Below, in pieces: positions 50,241 to 63,300 of a DNA stretch of 64,000 nt. The stretch comes from Mobula hypostoma (lineage: Eukaryota), in assembly GCF_963921235.1 (NCBI RefSeq), contig NC_086097.1:114268001-114332000 (forward strand), written 5' to 3'. Both the position numbers and the translations under genes were made by a program. The notes below the pieces were generated by a model that was given only the letters and a program-made list of their open reading frames with translations, did no database searches and was not told the DNA's origin. Position 1 is the stretch's first letter; each line of letters opens with the position of its first letter.

Positions 50241-51506
50241 TACTTTAATCAGTCTTGGTTGAATAACTTTTCATTATGGAAATCCAAATATATGATGCCT
50301 GCTTATCTTCGTCTTATCGACCCTTTTGATTTGCAAGTCTAAAGTTCAGATTTTTTTTCCATCCTGAATGTTGTGTAGAATTACAAGTGTTTGCAAATAT
50401 TTAAGTGAATGCTCTAAAATCTTTGAAACATAACTGATCGTAACATGCTTTCAAGACCACAGGAGGAACCAGTGCTTCACCAGTTCTTCATGACTATGTA
50501 CATTAGACACTGCTGATTTGTACTGATGTGTACAAATTCATGGTTTGCTGCTCAGCTGCTTAATCCTTGTACAGTAGTAATCTGCATCTTTCTGAAAACT
50601 GATATGATAGATACCAAGCAAGCAATAGCTTATCTACCTTGTATGTCACAGGACCTATTCGGTACATATGCAATACACAACAGGCAAAAGGTCTGATTTT
50701 ATTTATTTTTCTCCCCAATGAGAACTAGTTTGAGGACCTCCAGTTTCCTCCTCCTGAAGTCAATAATCGGCTCCTTGATCTTGCGGACATTGGGTGAGAA
50801 GTTGCTGTTGTGGCATGACTCAGCCAGATTTCAGTCTCCCTCGCACACGTTGCAAACACTGGAGGTCAATGAGTTGGAAGTTACTCAGAAAAGCCTCAAC
50901 CACTTCTGTTGGAAGCTCGTTCCACACAGCTACCTCTCTGAGTAAAGAAGTTCCCCCTCATGTTACCCCTAAACTTTTGGGTTGTTTCAAGGAATCTGTG
51001 TTGCATATTATATTGAGAAATCTCATACATTTTTTGCATTCAGATTTGGAAAGGGGTGGATGCTTTAATCTGTATAAACTAGTCCCTATGTGTTTTGGAG
51101 CAAGTGAGTGGGAGGTATTTCAATGGAGAATTTTAAAGTATCAGTCATCTTGAATGTTACAATTAAAATAAAGATTTGTGGGATGCAATTGTCAAAACAC
51201 TTTTTGTTCATTTAGTCAATCAAAATAATACAGTAGTGTACAATAAATTCCTGTCACTGGCTATTAGGAACTAATGCACAGTTCTATAGTACTGTAATAG
51301 TTTTGGTAGTGCTCTAATTTTGTATTTCATAAATGCATAATTTTTTCAGCTAAACAGCAGTTCAAAGTAAATTTATTATAATGTAAATTTATTCTCAATG
51401 AAACCCTGAGTTTCATTTTCTTGCAGACATTCACTGTAAATACAGGAAACAATAGAATCAGAATGATAGCCACTATCCATTGTGCAAAAAGACAATAGCT
51501 GTGCAA

Positions 51507-52160
51507 TAGATTTAGATTATGAGGACACTCAGTCCTCGTTTATTGTCAGTTAGAAATGCATGTATTTAAAAAATGATACAATATTCCTCCAGAAAGATAT
51601 CACAGAAACACAGGACAAACCAAGACTAAAACTGACAAAACCACATAATTATAACATATAGTTACAACAGTGCAAAGCAATGCCATAATTTGATAAAGAG
51701 CAGATCATGGGCACGGTAAAAAAAAAGGTATCAAAATCCCAATAGCCCCATCATCTCACGCAGATGGTAGAAGGGAGAAACTCTCCCTGCCATGAACTTG
51801 CAAGTGCTGCAAACTTGCTGATGCATTGGAAGCACCTGACTGCAGCTGACTCTTGAGTCCGTCTGAAAACTTCGCGCCTCCAACACCGAGCACCATCTCT
51901 GCCGAGTGCTTCGACCCACCCCGGCCACCAAGCACCAAGCAAAGCCGAGGACTCGGGGCCTTCCTCTCTGGAGATTCTGGATCACACAGTAGCAGCGGCA
52001 GTGAAACAAGCATTTCAGAAGTTTCACCAGATGTTCCTCCGTGTTCTCACGTCTGTCTCCATCAAATCAGGATTGTGCACGGCACCCTACTTGATGGATA
52101 ACAGATATCATTCACCAGAGTGGCCGCTGCGAGATGCATCGTGCCGCCATCTTCTCCTCC
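51507..52160 (-). mobile_element. ~650-bp non-autonomous retroelement (family copy 2)
   Basis: Reverse complement of the 41822-42492 family along its length. Confidence 0.7.
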
Positions 52161-53160
52161 TGACCTTTCCCGACCAATATATTAAAAAAATAAATATCAA
52201 CATGAGATGAAAAATTCTTGAAAGTGAGTCCATAGTTGTGCAAACAGTTGAGTGATGGGGTGCGTAAAGTTATCCCCTCCGGTTCAAGAGCCTGACAGTT
52301 GAGGGGTAACAACCATTCCTGAACCTGGTGGTATGGGTCCTGAAGCTCCTGTACCACCTGCCTGAAGGCAGCAGTGAGAAGAGAGAATAGCCTGGGTGGT
52401 GGGTTCCTTAATGATGAATGCTGCTTCCCTGTGACAGTGCTCTGTATAGATGTGCACAAAGGTAGGGAGGAATATACCAGTGATGGCCTGGGGCATATCC
52501 ACTTTTTTTTGTGTAGGGTTTTCCATTCACAGGCATCTGGTGTTTCCATACCGGGCAGTTGTGCAACCAGTCAATACTCTTCTCTACACATCTATACAAG
52601 TATTTGAAAGTTTTAGATGTCACATGGAATCTTTGCCAAAAAAGAAGTGCTGCTTCATAATGGCACTTGTGTGCTGATCTAGGACGGATTCTCTAAAATG
52701 ATAACCTTCTGCTGATGGACCTCCAGTTTGCTCCTCGTGAAGTCAGTAATCGGCTCTTGTGTTTTGCTGACAATGAGGTATTATTGTTGTGGCACCACTT
52801 GGGCAGATTGTCAATCTGCCTCCTATATGCTGACTCGTCATCACCATTGATTCAGCCAAAGACGGTGGTATCAACAGCGAACTTAAATATGGCATTGGAG
52901 CTGTGCTTGGTCTCATAATCATAAGTGTAAATTGAGTTGAGCAGGTTGCTAAGCAACAGCCTTGTGATGCCCCTGTGCTGATAGATTGTCAACAGCATCT
53001 CTTGCACAATCTGAACTGACTGGGGTCAGCAAGTGAAGAAATTGAGGATCCAGTTGCACAAAGATGTATTGAGACCAGGGTCCTTAAGTTTATTGATTAT
53101 TTTTGAGGGGTTAACATTATTGAATGCTGATCTGTAGCCATTGAAGGGTATCCTTGTGTC

Positions 53161-55233
53161 GAGCGAACTGCGCCTCTTTTGCGCTGTAAGGTAAAAACGA
53201 TCATCTCAACCTTCAACACAAGCACCATCCGCCTCTTGCCTCGATGCACAGAGTTGGCATCACAGGCAAGCAGCTATGAGATCTCCATCCTGGGGATCCA
53301 AGAACACCGTCATGTACACCCTGACAAAGAGATAAGGTTCACAGAGGTAGAGGGGATGCACCTCATCAGCACATCTGCATGGAGAGAGCCAACGACGATG
53401 TCAGCACAAGGTGGAGAAGGGCTGATGTTGAGCCGTAAGGCGAAGAAGGCACTGAGGGGCATAGTCTCAGTCAGTGACAGAATCCTCACTGCGGAATTCG
53501 ACGGAAACCCGACGACCAATGTCATCGTCTGTTACTCCCCGCACAACTGCAGCGAGGAGAAGGAGGTGGAGGCCTTCTACAGTAAATTTCACAAAGCTGT
53601 CACTTCAATACCGGCACATAACTTCCTGGCTGTGCTCGGCAATTTTAATGCCCAGGTCGGACTGGAAGATGTTCCATACTCATACCAAGACTTTACCAAC
53701 ATCAATGGACAATATCTAGTTGATTTCATCCAGGAACACAGTCTCATTGTCACTAAGACACAATTCAAGAAGCAAGCTGGTAAACTGTGGACATACAAAA
53801 ACAGAGCCTTCATCTACAGGAAACAGATCGATTACATCCTCGTAAGAACAAAATAGCGTAATTGTGTGATCAACACAGAAGCCTACAGCACCTTTAACTC
53901 TGTCAGTTCTGACCACAGTAGTGTCAACGCAAGTGAGACTGAGCCTGCGGCAACCCAAAGCCACAGGTCCCAAGGAGGAGGTAGACTGGAAGGTATTCTC
54001 CTCACAACCTATTCTTCAAGCCCAGCAAAGCTATACAATTGGATGATCTTGAATAGGATTCGCACTGCCATTGACCCTAAGATAAGGTTCAATCAGAATG
54101 GTTTTTGGCAGAAGCGCACAACAGTAATGCAAATACTTGCTCTCTGTAGAATCATCGAGGAAGTCAAGAAGAACAACCTACCAGCTGTAAACAACAGGAA
54201 TTCTGCAGATGCTGGAAATCCAAGCAACACACATCAAAGTTGCTGGTGAACGCATCAGGCCAGGCAGCATCTCTAGGAAGAGGTACAGTCGACGTTTCAG
54301 GCCGAGACACTTCGTCAGGACTAACTGAAGGAAGCGTTAGTAAGAGATTTACTCTGGCACCCCTACATCTTTATAATCGTCCTTGATTACGCTCTGCGTC
54401 AAGCTACCAAAGATCATGACAAGCTTGGGTTTTACCATAAAAGGGTCAGACCAATTATGCTTGTAGTTTCAATTTTTGCTGATGACATAGTCCTGCTCTC
54501 TGACCAGATGGAGGAAGCACAGCAGCTACTGACAAAAGTGGAAATTGAGTGCAATAAAGTTGGACTTCACCTAAACACTAAAAAGACAGAGTACATGGCG
54601 TTTAACTGCGATGAAGGTACTCTCAAGACCATAAAGAATGATACCATTAAAGTCTTTGACTACAAGTACCTTGGGTCAAGAATGATGAGTTCGGAAAAGG
54701 TCATAAAGGTATGGAAGGCGCTGGCGTGGAGGGCTATGAACGACATGAAGGAAATCTGGAAGTCGAACCTGACCAGAGGGCTTAAAGAGGATTTTCATAG
54801 CAGTCATAGAGTCCATTCTCACGTACGGATGCAAGACATGGACACTCACCAAGACTATGCGGAAGTCTCTAGATGGTTGCTATACACGAATGCTCTGGAT
54901 GGCTCTTGACGTGAGTTGGCAACAGTACATGAGGAACGTCAAGCTCTATGACGCCCTACCGATGCTCACCACTAAAATTCAGGCGAGAAGACTGCAACTA
55001 GCGGAGCACTGTCTACGCTACCCCAAGCTACCTGCTAGCCTAGTCATTATATGGGAGCCCAAGCATGGGAGGATGAACCCTGGGTGCCCTCCCAAGACTA
55101 TGGTCAACACGCTCCTAGAACACGGCAGCGTGGCTGATGTAGATGAACTGAACATACTGATGAGGGAGAAGTGGAGAGTCCATCATCATGCCCAACGCCA
55201 GCCCCCTAGGCCTGAGTCGACGTAGTAGTAGTA
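53161..55233 (+). mobile_element. RTE-clade (RTE-X-like) LINE, internally deleted, with 8-bp TSD
   Basis: APE endonuclease (ILGIQEHR, VCYSP, GNFNAQ, QIDYIL, SDH), RT (NQNGF, FADDIVLL, YKYLGS), (TAG)n tail, TSD CTTGTGTC (53153-53160, 55234-55241). Confidence 0.88.
54287..54322 (-). ncRNA. Second minimal hammerhead motif (Penelope terminal fragment ~54189-54350 inside RTE)
   Basis: AGUC-CUGACGA-AGUGUCUCGGCCU-GAAA-C-GUC-GACU; one stem II mismatch relative to the 32-kb copy. Confidence 0.7.
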
Positions 55234-55699
55234 CTTGTGTCTTCACCTTGCTGTCCAGATATTAAAGATTGAATGAAGAGTCAATGGCATCCGCTGTAGA
55301 GCGGTTTGAGGGTAGGTAAATTCGAGCACATGCAAGTCACTTGAGCAGGAGTTGATGTGTTTCATCACCAACTTCTCACAGTGGATGTAAGTGCTGCTGA
55401 TCACTAGTCATTGAAGCAAGTTACCATGTTCTTCTTGGGCACTGGCATAATTGAAGTCTGTTTGAAGCAGCTACGTATCTCAGACTGTGCGTGGAAGTCC
55501 CTGATAATGATTTGCAGGGTGTCAGGTTAGCTTGCTGATGGCAGCACTCAATACATTGAATGCTTGCTTAATGTTTGTATTGTACCTTTTTAAATGTTTG
55601 CATGAAAATTTGCCTAATTGAGGCAGCCACTTAATTGGGCCAAAGTGTACTGGTCCTGATGTGTCCCAATTAACCAGAATCCACAGTCTGAGAAAGTTA

Positions 55700-58600
55700 A
55701 TAGAAAAGCTACAGCACAATACAGGCCCTTCAGCCCACAAAGTTATGCCAAATATGTCCTTACCTTAGAAATTGCTAGGCTTACCAATAGCCCTCTATTT
55801 TTCTAAGCTCCATGTACCTATCCAAAAGTCTCTTTTTTTTTAAAAAAAAACCCTATCGTATCCGCCTTCACCACAGTTGCTGGCAGCCCATTCCATGCAC
55901 TCACCACTCTTTGCGTGCGTGTCACCCTTGGGTGGGGGGGGGGAGCCGCTGACTATCCACACGATCAATGCCTCTCATCACCTTATACACTTCTCAGGTC
56001 ACCTCACATCCTCTGTCGCTCCAAGGAGAAAAGGCTGAGTTCACTCAACCTATTCTCATAAGGCATGCTCCCCAATCCAGGCAACATCCTTGTAAATCTC
56101 CTCTGCACCATTTCTATTTCTTCCACATTCTTCCTGTAGTGAGGCGACCAGAACTGAGCACAGTACTCCAAGTGGGGTCTGACCAGGGTCCTACATAGCT
56201 GCAACATTACCTCTTGACTCCTAAATTCAATTCCATGATTACTGAAGGCCAATACACCGTATGCCTTCTTAACCACAGAGTCAACCTGCGCAGCTGCTTT
56301 GAGCATCCTATGGACTCGGACCCCAAGATCCCTGTGATCCTCCACACTGCCAAGAGTCTTACCATTAATATTATATTTTCCCATCATATTTGACCTACCA
56401 AAATGAACCACTTCACATTTATCTGGGTTGAACTCCATCTGGAACTTCTCAGCCCAGTTTTGCATGCTATCGATGACCCGCTGTAACCTCTGACTGCTCT
56501 CCACACTAACCACAACACCTCCAACCTTTGTGTCATCAGCAAACTTACTAACCCATCTCTCCACTTCCTCATCCAGGTCATTTATAAAAATCACGAAGAG
56601 TAGGGGTCCCAGAGCAGATCCCTGAGTCACACCACGGGTCACTGGCCTCCGTGCAGAATATGACCTGTCTACAACCACTCTTTGCCTTCTGTGGGCAAGC
56701 CAGTTCTAGATCCACAAAGCAATGTCCCCTTGGATCCCATGCCTCCTTACTTTCTCAATAAGCTTTACATGGGGTACCTTATCAAATGCCTTGCTGAAAT
56801 CCACTTACACTACATCTGCTGCTCTTCCTTCATCAATGTGTTTAGTCACATCCTCCAAAAACACAAAATTCAATCAGGCTCGTATGGCATGACCTGCCCT
56901 TGACAAAGCCATGCTGATTATTCCTAATCATATTATACCTCTCTAAATGTTCATAAATCCTGCCTCTCAGGATCTTCTCCATCAATTTACCAACAACTGA
57001 GGTAAGACTCACTGGTCTATAATTTCCTGGGCTATCTCTACTCCCTTTCTTGAATAATGGAACAACATCCGCAACCCTCCAATCCTCCGGAGCTCTTCCC
57101 ATCCCCACTGATGATGCAAAGATCATCGCCAGAGGCTCAGCAATCTCTTCCCTTACCTTCCACAGTAGCCTGGGGTACATCTCATCCGGTCCCGGCGACT
57201 TATCCAACTTGATGCTTTCCAAAAGCTCCAGCACGTCCTCTTTCTTAATGTCTACATGCTCAAGCTTTTCAGTCTGCTGCAAGTCATCTCTACAATCGCC
57301 AAGATCCTTTTTCCATAGTAAATAATGAATACTTTACTTCAGTAAGTACCTCTGCTATTTCCTCCGGTTCCATACACACTTTCCCACTGTCACACTTGAT
57401 GGTTCTATTCTTTCACGTCTTATCCTCTTGCTCTTCACATACTTGTAGAATGCCTTGGGGTTTTCCTTAATCCTGCCCACCAAGGCCTTCTCATGGCCCC
57501 TTCTGGCTCTCCTAATTTCCTTTTTAAGCTCCTTCCTGTTAACCTTATAATCTTTCAGATCTCGAACATTACCTATCTCTCTGAACCTTTTGTAAGCTTT
57601 TCTTCTTGACTAGATTTATTACAGCCTTTGTACACCACAGTTCCTGTACCCTACCATAACTTCCTTGTCTCATTGGAACATACTTATGCAGAACTGCACA
57701 CAGATATCCCCTGAACATTTGCCACATTTCTTCTGTACTTTTCCCTGACTTCATCTGTTCTCAATTTCCTGCCTGATAGCCTCATTCCCCTTACTCCAAT
57801 TAAACACTTTTCCTACTTGTCTGTTCCTATCTCTTTCCAAAGCTATTGTAAAGGAGATAGAATTATGATCACTGTCTCCAAAATACTCTCCCACTGAGAG
57901 ATCTGACATCTGACCAGGTTCATTTCCCAATACCAAATCAAGTACAGTCTCTCTTGTAGGCTTATCTACATACTGTGTCAAGAAACCTTCCTGAACTCAC
58001 CTAACAAACTCCACCTGATCTAAACCCCTTGCTGTAGGGAGATGCCAATCGATACTTGGGAAATTAAAATCTCCCATCACGACAACTCTGTTATTATTAC
58101 ACCTTTCCAGGATCTGTGTCCCTATCTGCACCTCAATATTGCTTTTACTATTGGGCGGCCTATTTTTAAAAAAAAACACCCAGTAAAGTTATTGACCCCT
58201 TCCTGTTCCTAACCTCCACCCACAGAGACTCTGTACACAATCCATCTCTATTTCCTGAGGAGACTGAGGTCCTTTAACATCTGCCGGACGATGCTGAGGA
58301 CGTTCTACGAGTCTGTGGTGGCCAGTGCTATCATGTTTGCTGTTGTGTGCTGGGGTAGCAGGCTGGGGGTAGCAGACACCAACAGGATCAACAAACTCAT
58401 TCGTTAAGGCCAGTGATGTTGTGGGGATGGAACTGGACTCTCTCACGGTGGTGTCTGAAAAGAGGATGCTGTCCAAGTTGCATGCCATCTTGGTCAATGT
58501 CTCCCATCCACTACATAATGTACCGGGTGGGCACAGGAGTACATTCAGCCAGAGACTCATTCCTCCGAGCTGCAACACAGAGCGTCATAGGAAGTTATTC

Positions 58601-59130
58601 CTGCCAGTGGGCATCAAACTTTACAACTCCTCCCTTGGAGGGTCAGACACCCTGAGCCGATAGGTTGGTCCTGGACTTATTTCCTGGCATAATTTACATA
58701 TTACTATTTAACTATTTATGGTTTTATTACTATTATTGATGGTGCAACTGTAACAAAAACCAATTTTCCCTGGGATCAATAAAGTATGACTATGACTATC
58801 CCTTCATGATGTCCACCTTTTCCGCAGCCGTGACACTATCTCTGATCAACAGTGCCCACGCCCCCACCTCTTTTGCCTCCCTCCCTGTCCTTTCTGAAAC
58901 ATCTAAAACCCAGCAACTGAAGTAACCATTCCTGCCCCTGAGCCATCCAAGTCTCTGTAATGGCCACCATATCATAGCTCCAAGTACTGATCCATGCTCT
59001 AAGCTCATCCGCTTTGTTCACAATGCTCCTTGCGTTAAAGTAGACACATCTCTAACTGTCCGCCTGAGCATGTCCCTTCTCTATCACTTGCCTATCCTCC
59101 CTCACACACTGTCTCCAAGCTTTCTCTATT
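55700..59130 (-). mobile_element. CR1 LINE (same family as 29654-34352) with a Rex1 fragment nested at ~58245-58797 (+)
   Basis: ORFs 56004..56678, 56842..57282 and 58836..59021 carry EN/RT motifs. The nested piece reads LYFLRRLRSFNI...VVCWG with a (TATGAC)n tail. Confidence 0.9.
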
Positions 59131-60304
59131 ATATTATGTTTATATTTTTTTTGCGATACTGAGTAATCATCCTTAAGTAAACATTGTGGTTGACTGGAAA
59201 GAACCTTAGACTTGTTATCGTTATACTTTGGATTTTAAATAAAGTGTACTTTGATCTCTATTTTTAAATGTACTGTATTTTAATTCTTCATCTAGGTTCA
59301 GATTTGTGTAAAAAGCTATTCCAGAAATTTAGAACTGAGCTAAGTGTCTTTTGGATGGAACAGTTTTATTTTTACTCTTAAACTATAGAACTGTAGAGTA
59401 CAGCAACAGCTGTTTACTTCTGTGCTAAACACGATGCCAAAGTAAACTTGCTCTCTTCCAGCACACACAATTTGTATCCCTCCATTCTATCTGTATTCGT
59501 GTGTCTATCCAAAATCCTCTTAAATGCTGCTATGATTTTTTTCCCGGTTTCCACCATTACCCAACATGGTGATTTTTGTTTTTTTTTAAAAAGCAAACTT
59601 TACTTTCATCAGAACTTCCACTCTTTCCTGTATTGGGGTGTCCAGAATTGCACACCACACCAAGAGTTTTAAATCACTGCAATATGAATTCCTTGCTGTT
59701 TATTCTCAGTGTTCCAACCAATAAAACACAAGTATGCCACTTTTCCTAATCTATCTACTGTGCTACATTTAGGGCATTATGGACTTGGACCCCAAGATCC
59801 CTTCACATGTTAATGCTCGTGTGGTCTTCCCATTAACTGTATGCTTGGTATTTGACTTCCTGAAGTGCATACCTCATGGAACCCCAGATTAAACTATATC
59901 CTCCATTTCTTTGCCCATATACTATATGCAACTAATCTAGATTCTGCTAGATCCTTTAACTGTTCCTCAAATTTATGTCCATCCATCCGTCATACTGCTG
60001 ACCTCTGTGGAACAACACTGGTCATGTACTTCAGACAAAATAATCCCCTTCCACCACTACACCTTAATGTGTGTCAGCTAATTCTGAATTCAAACTCTGT
60101 CCTCGTGCATTCCTTTACCTCATTTCTTATACTGTCCACAATGGAAGCATTACAAAACTGCTTTCCAGGTGTTTCATTAGTCATGATCATTTAAGAATCA
60201 CTAGATTTTGGAATGGTTCCAGAAGACAGGAAAATTGCAAATGTCCTTCCTCTCTAAGGGAGAGAGGCAGAAGAAAGAAAAATTTAGGCCAGTTAACCTG
60301 ATCT

Positions 60305-63300
60305 TTTGCAGTCCTTCAACGAGCGGTTTGACAAGTTTGAGCACTGTTTCCAGAGCCTGTTGTCTGTCCAGCAAGCGCTCACTGAGAGACTGTCGAGCAC
60401 CGAAAATCAGATGCCGACCACAAGCAGCGAATCCACGCCGTGGAAACTTCAGTTGCTGAGCTGCAGCAAGAAAATAAAAAGCTGCGGGCCAAACTTTCAG
60501 ATCTGGAAGGGAGATCCAGACGCAATAACATAAAGATTGTCGGCGTCCCAGAAGGCGAGGAAAAAGGGAGGCCGACTGAATTTGTCGCTAACCTGGTCCC
60601 CAAGCTGCTGGGGGATGACAACTTCACCAAGCTGGTTGTTATCGATAGAGCGCACCGCACACAACAGCCCAAACCACCAAAAGGCTCAAGGCCCCACACA
60701 ATAATTGCACGGGTGCATTTCGCACAGGAGAAAGAAAAGATTCTGTGGCTTGGGAGGCAATTCTCGATGAATTTTGCGGAGGTCATCGAATTTTAATCTT
60801 TCCTGATTACACTGCGGAGGTTATGGAGCAATGGCAGAGTTTCCGTGAGGTGCTGCAACTGCTGAGAGAGGAGGAGGTCCGGCATTCGCTACATTTCCCG
60901 TCCAAGCTCCATGTTCATCACCAAGGGCAAGTAAAAGTATTCAGCAACCGGCTGAAGCCAAGACTTTTGTAGACCAAAAACTTTGAAAGGCTATTTTTCA
61001 CAACATAAATGAAGTGAGTCTAAACGTGCTGTGAGCAGACTTTAATCATGGCCGTTCTTTTTTTTCTATCGTCAATTTGTTCTTTATTATGTGTGCTAAA
61101 GAGGGGCTGTTAGTTGGAGGTGTTTTTCTCCGCTTTTGTTCGGCAGTCCCAGATTAGGATGAGGGCAACTCTGCTTCGTTTGGGGAAGCAATGGGTTGGG
61201 GTTTTGATCATATATTTGACTGTTCATGTTATTTCTTTTGTTGGCTGCCAGACTGAAGGTAAGTTTGTGTTTCATTACAATGCAAAAGGTACCACAAATG
61301 AATAATACTCTTGACTCCATATCCTTGGTCTCTTGGAATGTGCGCGGTTTAGGTCACCCAATAAAGTGAGATAAAGTTTTCACACATTTGAAGTCATTGA
61401 AATCTGACATTATATTCTTACAAGAAACTCGCTTTAAAAGCCACTCAGTATAGGAAATTCAGGGCTAATTGGATTTCACAGGTCTATCAGGCACCTTTCA
61501 CATCCAAAGCCAGAGGCGTTGCCATTCTCTTCCGTAAAACTGTACCTTTTGGTTTTCATTGATCCAAATGGCAGATTTATAATTTTAACTGGGCATATCA
61601 ATTTACTTCCCATTACACTGGTAAACATTTACGGGCCAAACTCGGGCAATCCAGGTTTTTTCTGTAAGGTGTTTGACTTGATCCCAGATAACAATTCAAG
61701 CCACATATTGATCGGGGGTGACTTTAATTGCTAGCTGGACCCGTATTTAGATAGGCTCTCCCCTGCCCCCCCCCCACCCAATATTCTTGCTGTGCAAACT
61801 CTTAACAATTTGATGAAGTCGAAGAAGGTGGTAGATATTTGGAGACTACAACACCCATCTGACTGTGATTATTCTTTTTATTCCCATGTACACAGATCAT
61901 GTACACAGATTGATTTTTTTTTTTAGTCGACTCCAGATTAATCTCTAATATTGATCACACCAAATATCACAGCATAATAATATCTGACCATAGTCCTGTC
62001 AATCTCAATCTTCAAATGTCCCTCCCTAAGCAAGCCTATAACTGGCACTTTAATCCCTTTTTGCTCAAGGATCAGACATTTATAGAACACATTGCGACGC
62101 ACATCTCGCAGTTCCTTGAGACCAACAACAACGGCGAGGTGAATGACTCAACACTGTGGGAAACACTTAAAGTGTATATCAGAGGACAAATTATTTCTTA
62201 TGAAGCAACACTGAAAAGGGCTAAGCGAGGTCAATTGGAAGTGATTAAGAATTACTAGCGGCTGAACAGGCTTACAAAAACTCTTTGCTCCAATCAGATT
62301 ATAATAATCTCAAATTAAAATACGAATACAACTCCATTCTAGGGGAACAAATTGGCAACATACTACTTAAACTTAAACAGCGACACTTTGGTGTCACGTT
62401 GGTGACAAACCACAGAAGTTATTGGCAAGGCAGTTAAAAGGAGAACAAGCAAAACGAGCCATTTACAAAATAAAATCCAAATCTGGCCTGATGCTTATGG
62501 ACTTAAAGGATATTAACAAACGATTTAGTGAGTTCTATTCAGAAATTTACACCTCCAAATCAACAGCTACACAGGAAGATTTTGATAAATTTTTTGATCT
62601 GCTTCACTTCCCACAATTAGATGCAGCTTTCAGGGAAGATTTGGATTTTTCGCTATCTGAGTTACAGGATGACGTTGAAGCATTTCCCACTGGTAAGGCA
62701 GCTGGACCACACGGGTTCAGGTCAGAGTTCTACAAAGCCTTCTGAGATGTCCATACACCAACTGCCGAGAATGGTTCGGGATACCTTTTAAAAACAAGAG
62801 GCTCCCACCCTCTCTCAGTGAAGCAAATAACTTTTTATTTTTATTTTTAAAAAAAAGGTAAAGACGAAACGGACCCTGGAAGCTCTTGGCCCATTGCACT
62901 ACTAAATTATGATCTGAAAACAATTACAAAAATGTTAGCAAATCGGCTCGGTAAGCATATAGTAAATATCATTCGCCTGGACCAAATGGGATTTATCCCG
63001 GAAGGTACTCCTGTAATGTCCGCAAAATTCTCAATATTTTGTATGCCGATTATGGGAAAGATGATAGAGCTGTTATACTGTCTCTAGATGCCCACAAGGC
63101 ATTTGATATGATAGAGTGGCCCTATCTAATTGCAACACTCAGGAAGTTTGGATTTGGCGACACTTTTATAGAATAGGTCAAAATATTATATACTAATCCA
63201 AAATCTTTCATTATCACAAATGGGGATAAACCCAATCCGTTCTCTCTGCAATGTGGTGTTTGCCAAGGGGACCCATTGTCCCCCCTGCTGTTTAACATAG

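Larger units (their letters stand above)
51360..55560 (-). mobile_element. Rex1/Babar-type LINE split by later insertions (pieces ~51360-51506, 52170-53160, 55234-55560)
   Basis: Antisense RT motifs (KFAVDTT, PQYIFVQLDP) and a 3' tail; continuity across the insertions. Confidence 0.65.
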
